DNA of 64,000 bases from Nemertoderma westbladi (Eukaryota; Animalia; Xenacoelomorpha), in contig JAUCBJ010003079.1 in the NCBI GenBank assembly GCA_032718475.1, positions 4,278 through 68,277 on the forward strand, given 5' to 3'. A model generated the notes under the pieces. The model searched no databases. It saw only the letters and a program-made list of their open reading frames with translations, and had not been told where the DNA came from. This document shows, one piece after another, positions 29,276 to 39,600 of the stretch. The translations under genes and the position numbers were made by a program. Every line of letters begins with the position of its first letter. Within the stretch, counting starts at the first letter, position 1.

Positions 29276-31103
29276 GGTAGTTTCACACACAAAATCTTAC
29301 AGCTAAAACTAACTGTGTTGGGACAGTCACAAACAACTTCGGAATATTGTGACAGCCACAATCAATTGTAGTAATTTTGTAACAGCCACAAACAATTGTC
29401 TGAATGTTGTGACAGCCACAAACATTTGTCGCAATGTTGGGACTGCCACAAACAATTGTCCGAATGTTGTGACAGCCACAAACAATTGTCGCAATGTTGT
29501 AACAGTCACAAACAATTGTCGTAATGTTGTGACAGCCACAAACAATTGTCCGAATTTTGTGACAGCCACAAACAATTGTCGTAATGTTGTAACAGCCAAA
29601 AACAATTGTCGCAATATTGTGACAGCCACAAACAATTGTCGCAATATTATGACAGCCACAAAAAATATCGTAATGTTGTGACAGTCACAAACAATTGTCG
29701 CAAGGTTGTGACAGCCACAAACAATTGTCGTAATGTTGTGAAAGCCACAAACAATTGTCGCAATGTTGTTACAGCCACAAACAATTGTCGTAATGTTGTG
29801 ACAGCAACAAACAATTGTCGTAATGTTGTGACAGCTACAAACAATTGCCGCAATGTTGTGACAGCCACAAACAATTGTCCGAATGTTGTGACAGCCACAA
29901 ACAATTGTCGAAATGTTGTAACAGTCACAAACAATTGTCGTAATGTTGTGACAGCCACAAACAATTGTCCGAATGTTGTGACAGCCACAAACAATTGTCG
30001 TAATGTTGTGACAGCCAAAAACAATTGTCGCAATATTGTGACAGCCACAAACAATTGTCGCAATATTATGACAGCCACAAAAAATATCGTAATGTTGTGA
30101 CAGTCACAAACAATTGTCGCAAGGTTGTGATAGCCACAAACAATTGTCGTAATGTTGTGACAGCAACAAACAATTGTCGCAATGTTGTTACAGCTACAAA
30201 CAATTGTCGTAATGGTGTGACAGCAACAAACAATTGTCGAAATGTTGTGACAGCTACAAACAATTGTCGCAATGTTGTGACAGCCACAAACAATTGTCGT
30301 AATGTTGTGACAGCCACAAACAATTGTACGAATGTTGCGACAGCTACAAACAATTGTCGTAATGTTGTGACAGCCTCAAACAATCGATCGTACAAATGTT
30401 GTGACAGCAACAAACAATTGTATGAATGTTGTGACAGCTACAAACAATTGTCGTAATGTAGTGACAACTACAAACAATTGTCGCAATGTTGTGACAGCCA
30501 CAAACAATTGTAGTAATTTTGTGACAGCCACAAACAATTGTAGTAATTTTGTGACAGCCACAAACAATTATTGTCGTAATGTTGTGAAAGCAAAAAACAA
30601 TTATCGCAATCTTGTGACAGCTACAAACAATTGTAGTAATCTTGTGACAGCCACAAACAATTGTCGTAATGTAGTGACAACTACAAACAATTGTCGCAAT
30701 GTTGTGACAGCCACAAACAATTGTAGTAATTTTGTGACAGCCACAAACAATTGTAGTAATTTTGTGACAGCCACAAACAATTATTGTCGTAATGTTGTGA
30801 AAGCAAAAAACAATTATCGCAATCTTGTGACAGCTACAAACAATTGTAGAAATGTTGTGACAGCCACAAACAATTATTGTCGTAATGTTGTGACAGCCAC
30901 AAATAATTATTGTCGTAATGTTGTGACAGTCACAAACAATTATTGTCGTAATGTTGTGACAGCCACAAACTAATACCAAAATGTTGTGGCAGCTGCTAAC
31001 AATTGCAATAATTTTGTGACTGACATACACAAACAATGCCACAATTAATCATCAACTAAATATTTAAATTTATCATCAAAATAATATAAGTGTGTAAATT
31101 TAC

Positions 31104-31318
31104 CTCCTTATCAGCGGTGGGTTCATCGAGCAGATCAAGATCGCTTGTGCAGATCGGTTGCTTATCAGGAGCAGCAGAGCCTCCCAATATCAACGGAATA
31201 TTATCCGTTATGTCGTCACTTTCTTCGTTAAACTAGAAAAAATATAGATACATTGGATTGTGTTAATAAACAATGCTTGCAGGTTTGCAAAAATTAACTC
31301 TTGCAAACCTCTTACCAT
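31104..31318 (-). other. Putative exon cassette copy 12 (exon 31232-31104); FNEESDDITDNIPLILGGSAAPDKQPICTSDLDLLDEPTADKE
   Basis: Splice signals intact, open frame. Confidence 0.68.
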
Positions 31319-33384
31319 GGTAGTTTAACACACAAAATCTTACAGCTAAAACTAACTGTGTTGGGACAGTCACAAACAACTTCGGAATATTGTGACAGCC
31401 ACAATCAATTGTAGTAATTTTGTAACAGCCACAAACAATTGTCTGAATGTTGTGACAGCCACAAACATTTGTCGCAATGTTGGGACTGCCACAAACAATT
31501 GTCCGAATGTTGTGACAGCCACAAACAATTGTCGCAATGTTGTGACAGCCACAAACAATTGTCGTAATGTTGTGACAGCCAAAAACAATTGTCCGAATGT
31601 TGTGACAGCCACAAACAATTGTCGTAATGTTGTGACAGCCAAAAACAATTGTCGCAATATTGTGACAGCCACAAACAATTGTCGCAATATTATGACATCC
31701 ACAAAAAATATCGTAATGTTGTGACAGTCACAAACAATTGTCGCAAGGTTGTGACAGCCACAAACAATTGTCGTAATGTTGTGACAGCCACAAACAATTG
31801 TCGCAATGTTGTTACAGCCACAAACAATTGTCGTAATGTTGTGACAGCAACAAACAATTGTCGTAATATTGTGACAGCTACAAACAATGTCGCAATGTTG
31901 TGACAGCCACAAACAATTGTCTGTCCGAATGTTGTGACAGCCACAAACAATTGTCACAATGTTGTAACAGTCACAAACAATTGTCGCAATGTTGTAACAG
32001 TCACAAACAATTGTCGTAATGTTGTGACAGCCACAAACAATTGTCCGAATGTTGTGACAGCCACAAACAATTGTCGTAATGTTGTGACAGCCAAAAACAA
32101 TTGTCGCAATATTATGACAGCCACAAAAAATATCGTAATGTTGTGACAGTCACAAACAATTGTCGCAAGGTTGTGACAGCCACAAACAATTGTCGTAATG
32201 TTGTGACAGCCACAAACAATCGTCCGAATGTTGTGACAGCCACAAACATTTGTCGCAATGTTGTGACAGCCACAAACAATTGTCGCAATGTTGTAACAGT
32301 CACAAACAATTGTCGTAATGTTGTGACAGCCACAAACAATTGTCCGAATGTTGTGACAGCCACAAACAATTGTCGTAATGTTGTGACAGCCAAAAACAAT
32401 TGTCGCAATATTATGACAGCCACAAAAAATATCGTAATGTCGTGACAGTCACAAACAATTGTCGCAAGGTTGTGACAGCCACAAACAATTGTCGTAATGT
32501 TGTGACAGCCACAAACAATTGTCGCAATGTTGTTACAGCCACAAACAATTGTCGTAATGTTGTGACAGCAACAAACAATTGTCGTAATGTTGTGACAGTT
32601 ACAAACAATTGTCGCAATATTGTGACAGCCACAAACAATTGTACGAATGTTGTGACAGCTACAAACAATTGTCGTAATGTTGTGACAACTACAAACAATT
32701 TTCGTAATGTTGTGATAGCTACAAACAATTTCCGGAATGTTGTGACAGCTACAAACAATTTTCGTAATGTTGTGATAGCTACAAACAATTTTCGTAATGT
32801 TGTGATAGCTACAAACAATTGTCGTAATGTTGTGACAGCCACAAACAATTGTCGCAATGTTGTTACAGCCACAAACAATTGTCGTAATGTTGTGATAGCA
32901 ACAAACAATTGTCGTAATGTTGTTACAGCTATAAACAATTGTCGCAATGTTGTGACAGCCACAAACAATTGTAGTAATTTTGTGACAGCCACAAACAATA
33001 GTAGTAATTTTGTGACAGCCACAAACAATTATTGTCGTAATGTTGTGAAAGCAAAAAACAATTATCGCAATCTTGTGACAGCTACAAACAATTGTAGTAA
33101 TGTTGTGACAGCCACAAACAATTATTGTCGTAATGTTGTGACAGCCACAAACAATTATTGTCGTAATGTTGTGACAGACACAAACAATTATTGTCGTAAT
33201 GTTGTGACAGTCACAAACAATTATTGTCGTAATGTTGTGACAGCCACAAACTAATACCAAAATGTTGTGGCAGCTGCTAACAATTGCAATAATTTTGTGA
33301 CTGACATACACAAACAATGCCACAATTAATCATCAACTAAATATTTAAATTTATCATCAAAATAATATAAGTATGTAAATTTAC

Positions 33385-33599
33385 CTCCTTATCAGCGGTG
33401 GGTTCATCGAGCAGATCAAGATCGCTTGTGCAGATCAGTTGCTTATCAGGAGCAGCAGAGCCACCCAATATCAACGGAATATTATCCGTTATGTCGTCAA
33501 TTTCTTCGTTAAACTAGAAAAAATATAGATACATTGGATTGTGTTAATAAACAATGCTTGCAGGTTTGCAAAAATTAACTCTTGCAAACCTCTTACCAT
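33385..33599 (-). other. Putative exon cassette copy 13 (exon 33513-33385); FNEEIDDITDNIPLILGGSAAPDKQLICTSDLDLLDEPTADKE
   Basis: Splice signals intact, open frame. Confidence 0.68.
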
Positions 33600-35153
33600 G
33601 GTAGTTTCACACACAAAATCTTACAGCTAAAACTAACTGTGTTGGGACAGTCACAAACAACTTCGGAATATTGTGACAGCCACAATCAATTGTAGTAATT
33701 TTGTAACAGCCACAAACAATTGTCTGAATGTTGTGACAGCCACAAACATTTGTCGCAATGTTGTAACAGCCACAAACAATTGTCCGAATGTTGTGACAGC
33801 CACAAACAATTGTCGCAATGTTGTGACAGCCACAAACAATTGTCGCAATATTATGACGAGCCACAAAAAATATCGTAATGTTGTGACAGTCACAAACAAT
33901 TGTCGTAATGTTGTGACAGCCACAAACAATTGTCGCAATGTTGTTACAGCCACAAACAATTGTCGTAATGTTGTGACAGCATCAAACAATTGTCGTAATG
34001 TTGTGACAGCTACAAACAATTGTCCGAATGTTGTGACAGCCACAAACAATTGTCGTAATGTTGTGAAAGCCACAAACAATTGTCGCAATGTTGTTACAGC
34101 CACAAACAATTGTCGTAATATTATGACGAGCCACAAAAAATATCGTAATGTTGTGACAGTCACAAACAATTGTCGTAATGTTGTGACAGCCACAAACAAT
34201 TGTCGCAATGTTGTTACAGCCACAAACAATTGTCGTAATGTTGTGACAGCAACAAACAATTGTCGTAATGTTGTGACAGCTACAAACAATTGTCGCAATG
34301 TTGTGACAGCCACAAACAATTGTACGAATGTTGTGACAGCTACAAACAATTGTCGTAATGTTGTGACAGCTACAAACAATTGTCGTAATATTGTGACAGA
34401 TACAAACAATTGTCGTAATGTTGTGACAGCCACAAACAATCGTACAAATGTTGTGACAGCAACAAACAATTGTATGAATGTTGTGACAGCTACAAACAAT
34501 TGTCGTAATGTAGTGACAACTACAAACAATTGTCGTAATGTTGTGACAGCCACAAACAATTGTAGTAATTTTGTGACAGCCACAAACAATTGTCCGAATG
34601 TTGTGACAGCTACAAACAATTGTCGTAATGTAGTGACAACTACAAACAATTGTCGTAATGTTGTGACAGCCACAAACAATTGTAGTAATTTTGTGACAGC
34701 CACAAACAATTGTCCGAATGTTGTGATAGCTACAAACAATTGTCGTAATGTTGTGACAGCTACAAACAATTGTCGTAATTTTGTGACAGCCACAAACAAT
34801 TGTCGTAATGTTGTGACAGCAACAAACAATTATTGTCGTAATGTTGTGAAAGCAAAAAACAATTATCGCAATCTTGTGACAGCTACAAACAATTGTAGTA
34901 ATGTTGTGACAGCCACAAACAATTATTGTCGTAATGTTGTGACAGCCACAAACAATTATTGTCGTAATGTTGTGACAGTCACAAACAATTATTGGCGTAA
35001 TGTTGTGACATCCACAAACTAATACCAAAATGTTGTGGCAGCTGCTAACTATTGCAATAATTTTGTGACTGACATACACAAACAAATGTCACAATTAATC
35101 ATCAACTAAATATTTAAATTTATCATCAAAATAATATAAGTGTGTAAATTTAC

Positions 35154-35305
35154 CTCCTTATCAGCGGTGAGGTCATCGAGCAGATCAAGATCGCTTGTTC
35201 AAGAACGCAGATCGGTTGCTTATCAGGAGCAGCAGAGCCACCCAATTGAATATTATCCGTTATGTTGTCAATTTCTTCGTTAAACTCTTGCAACCCTCTT
35301 ACCAT
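35154..35305 (-). pseudogene. Degenerate terminal exon cassette copy 14
   Basis: 8-nt insertion (TCAAGAAC) plus a net 6-nt deletion give a 131-nt frameshifted exon; the intron is reduced to 18 nt by a deletion between AACT microhomologies. Confidence 0.7.
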
Positions 35306-36673
35306 TAGGTAAGATCTTACCAAATTAATTACAATAATTCAGAGTGAACAATAAATCCGTCTACAACTGCAACTTTACTATGTATGTGAGAGATATATTT
35401 CCAGCCTGCTTCCAATCGGAATGGCAGTACAATATTCTAGAATGCATATTAAGCATAGAATATATGCAAAGCATAGCCAGCTGGCTTTGGAGGACCTGGT
35501 ATTATTCACATGGGCGCTTATTGGCATTCGGAGCTCTGTATGCAACCTTTATGTATGTGCATTAAGTCAATATAATATCATGTGAAGAAAACCTTTGTAT
35601 TACTAAATTGAAACTAGGCTTATGGACTTTCTGTGGAAAACAACTATCAAAGTGTTTTGATCCGTTCTTGTGATATTTAGCATCGAAATTTTACGAATAA
35701 AGATAGAATGGTCTTTATTCCTACATATGTACATGTATGGAAGGAAGGTGAAACAAAGGCAACATAATATTTTCATAAAAATAGCGGATATTTACGGGCG
35801 GTGAAATAGGCAGTTTTTTTAGAACGAAATTTCTTAGGGATGGATGATAAGGGATAAAATATTATTTGTTTTAAAAGGTATTGTAATAAACGGTTCATAT
35901 TTTTATATTACAGGATCAAGCAACAATATCAAGCAATAAAGTAATTTAGTAAAAGTAGCCAATTTTATTTTATAAAAAGAATAAAATGGCGTATTGCTAA
36001 CAATGCAAAGTAAGACTACATTCTTTCACGTCTCGAGAATGTTGAAAGAAATTTATGCTTTTCTTGTTTAAAGTTCCCTAATACCTAAAAATAATGTCTA
36101 TTACCAAATATTTGAGGACATATGTATATGGAAAGTTGTGAGATATAAGATTTAAATGCATTTCATTTATTAAGTTCATTGCCAAGTCAGTACTTTACAA
36201 AAGTGTTTAAAAATTTCATATTTGAGATAGAGAAGCATTTCGCCTTGTTTTGACCATTTTAGGTTTATATAATATACTCCAAGCCATACTTACAAGTCTT
36301 CCTCATCTTACATACCTTGTGCGGTATTTCTGTTTTTTTACTTTATTTCCCTGATGATGCCCCTAGTGGGAGAAATTAATTGGATTGTATAATAAAACAG
36401 ATAGAGTCGGGCGTAAAGAAACTCCTTTATTTCTCAGTCAGTGCACGAAATGCATTGTCGCGCCCTGAAGTCGGCTTGCCGTTTGATTAATAACTTTAAT
36501 ATGATAGATGTCTGGCTATGAGTAAAATGCAATGACTTCACATATATATGTCTTAAGTCAAATGTGAATGAGCTACAAGTACGTTAAAGCACCAATATTA
36601 ACATTATGTGAAGAAAACCTTTGATGCCTAAAATGATCTATGGCTATGAGTAAAGGGTAACAGTATAACATAA

Positions 36674-39600
36674 GGGCTATCGTCCCCAACACCCCCACTT
36701 CGTTTCTTGGGGGCTATCGTCCCCAACACCCCCACTTCTTTTCTTGGGGGCTATCGTCCCCAACACCCCCACTTCTTTTCTTGGGGGCTATCGTCCCCAA
36801 CACCCCCACTTCTTTTCTTGGGGGCTATCGTCCCCAACACCCCACTTCTTTTCTTGGGGGCTATCGTCCCCAACACCCCCACTTCTTTTCTTGGGGGTTA
36901 TCGTCCCCAACACCCCCACTTCTTTTCTTGGGGGCTATCGTCCCCAACACCCCCACTTATTTTCTTGGGGGCTATCGTCCCCAACACCCCCACTTCTTTT
37001 CTTGGGGGCTATTGTCCCCAACACCCCCACTTCTTTTCTTGGGGGCTATCGTCCCCAACACCCCCACTTGTTTTCTTGGGGGCTATCGTCCCCAACACCC
37101 CCACTTCTTTTCTTGGGGGCTATCGTCCCCAACACCCCCACTTCTTTTCTTGTGGGCTATCGTCCCCAACACCTCCAACTTCTTTTCTTGGGGGCTATCG
37201 TCCCCATCACCCCCACTTCTCTTCTTGGGGGCTATCGTCCCCAACACCCCCACTTCTTTTCTTGGGGGCTATCGTCCCCAACACCCCCCACTTCTTTTCT
37301 TGGGGGCTATCGTGCCCAACACCCCCACTTCTTTTCTTGGGGGCTATCGTCCCCAACACCCCCACTTCTTTTCTTGGGGGCTATCGTCCCCAACACCCCC
37401 ACTTCTTTTCTTGGGGGCTATCGTCCCCAACACCCCCACTTCTTTTCTTGGGGTCTATCGTCCCCAACACCCCCACTTCTTTTCTTGGGGGCTATCGTCC
37501 CCAACACCCCCACTTCTTTTCTTGGGGGCTATCGTCCCCAACACCCCCACTTCTTTTCTTGGGGGCTATCGTCGCCAACACCCCCACTTCTTTTCTTGGG
37601 GGCTATCGTCCCCAACACCCCCACTTCTTTTCTTGGGGGCTATCGTCCCCAACACCCCCACTTCTTTTCTTGGGGGCTATCGTCCCCAACACCCCCCCTT
37701 CTTTTCTTGGGGGCTATCGTCCCCAACACCCCCACTTCTTTTCTTGGGGGCAATCGTCCCCAACACCCCCACTTCTTTTCTTGGGGGCTATCGTCCCCAA
37801 CACCCCCACTTCTTTTCTTGAGGGCAATCGTCCCCAACACCCCCACTTCTTTTCTTGGGGGCTATCGTCCCCAACACCCCCACTTCTTTTCTTGGGGGCT
37901 ATCGTCGCCAACACCCCCACTTCTTTTCTTGGGGGCAATCGTCCCCAACACCCCCACTTCTTTTCTTGGGGGCTATCGTCCCCAACACCCCCACTTCTTT
38001 TCTTGGGGGCTATCGTCGCCAACACCCCCACTTCTTTTCTTGGGGGCTATCGTCCCCAACACCCCCAATTCTTTTCTTGGGGGCTATCGTCCCCAACACC
38101 CCCACTTCTTTTCTTGGGGGCTATCGTCGCCAACACCCCCACTTCTTTTCTTGGGGGCTATCGTCCCCAACACCCCCACTTCTTTTCTTGGGGGCTATTG
38201 TCCCCAGCATCCCCACTTCTTTTCTTGGGGGCTATCGTCGCCAACACCCCCACTTCTTTTCTTGTGGCCTATCGTCCCCAACACCCCCACTTCTTTTCTT
38301 GGGGGCTATCGTCGCCAACACCCCCACTTCTTTTCTTGTGGCCTATCGTCCCCAACACCCCCACTTCTTTTCTTGGGGGCTATCGTCGCCAACACCCCCA
38401 CTTCTTTTCTTGGGGGCTATCGTCCCCAACACCCCCAATTCTTTTCTTGGGGGCTATCGTCCCCAACACCCCCACTTCTTTTCTTGGGGGCTATCGTCGC
38501 CAACACCCCCACTTCTTTTCTTGGGGGCTATCGTCCCCAACACCCCCACTTCTTTTCTTGGGGGCTATTGTCCCCAGCATCCCCACTTCTTTTCTTGGGG
38601 GCTATCGTCGCCAACACCCCCACTTCTTTTCTTGGGGGCTATCGTCCCCAACACCCCCACTTCTTTTCTTGGGGGCTATCGTCCCCAACACCCCCACTTC
38701 TTTTCTTGGGGGCTATCGTCGCCAACACCCCCACTTCTTTTCTTGGGGGCTATCGTCCCCAACACCCCCAATTCTTTTCTTGGGGGCTATCGTCCCCAAC
38801 ACCCCCACTTCTTTTCTTGGGGGCTATCGTCGCCAACACCCCCACTTCTTTTCTTGGGGGCTATCGTCCCCAACACCCCCACTTCTTTTCTTGGGGGCTA
38901 TTGTCCCCAGCATCCCCACTTCTTTTCTTGGGGGCTATCGTCGCCAACACCCCCACTTCTTTTCTTGGGGGCTATCGTCCCCAACACCCCCACTTCTTTT
39001 CTTGGGGCCTATCGTCCCCAACACCCCCACTTCTTTTCTTGGGGGCTATCGTCGCCAACACCCCCACTTCTTTTCTTGGGGGCTATCGTCCCCAACACCC
39101 CCACTTCTTTTCTTGGGGGCTATCGTCCCCAACACCCCCACTTCTTTTCTTGGGGGCTATCGTCCCCAACACCCCCACTTCTTTTCTTGGGGGCTATCGT
39201 CCCCAACACCCCCACTTCTTTTCTTGGGGGCTATCGTCGCCAACACCCCCACTTCTTTTCTTGGGGGCTATCGTCCCCAACACCCCCACTTCTTTTCTTG
39301 GGGGCTATCGTCCCCAACACCCCCACTTCTTTTCTTGGGGGCTATCGTCGCCAACACCCCCACTTCTTTTCTTGGGGGCTATCGTCCCCAACACCCCCAC
39401 TTCTTTTCTTGGGGGCTATTGTCCCCAGCATCCCCACTTCTTTTCTTGGGGGCTATCGTCGCCAACACCCCCACTTCTTTTCTTGTGGGCTATCGTCCCC
39501 AACACCCCCACTTCTTTTCTTGGGGGCTATCGTCGCCAACACCCCCACTTCTTTTCTTGTGGGCTATCGTCCCCAACACCCCCACTTCTTTTCTTGGGGG

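Larger units (their letters stand above)
1..35095. repeat. 30-bp minisatellite array (consensus GTTGTGACAGCCACAAACAATTGTCGTAAT), roughly 1000 monomers, interrupted by 13 internal copies of a ~330-bp cassette and closed by a 14th; continues beyond the left window edge
   Basis: Direct 30-bp periodicity throughout; variant monomers recur in blocks. Explains all the VTATNNCRNV / TIVCGCHNIT / FVAVTTLRQL ORFs. Confidence 0.98.

Noticed and set aside
18-35085. Cys/Thr-rich repeat proteins from the ORF track (antifreeze-, metallothionein- or mucin-like)
   Set aside because: Open on both strands and in several frames because the 30-mer lacks stops; frequent 1-2 nt indels shift frames; no signal peptide or unique domain.
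1-35095. CRISPR array (30-bp partly palindromic repeats)
   Set aside because: Monomers are head-to-tail with no unique spacers, there are no cas genes, and the context is eukaryotic.
35344-35565. 73-aa plus-strand ORF
   Set aside because: GTG start, no recognisable motif, length expected by chance.
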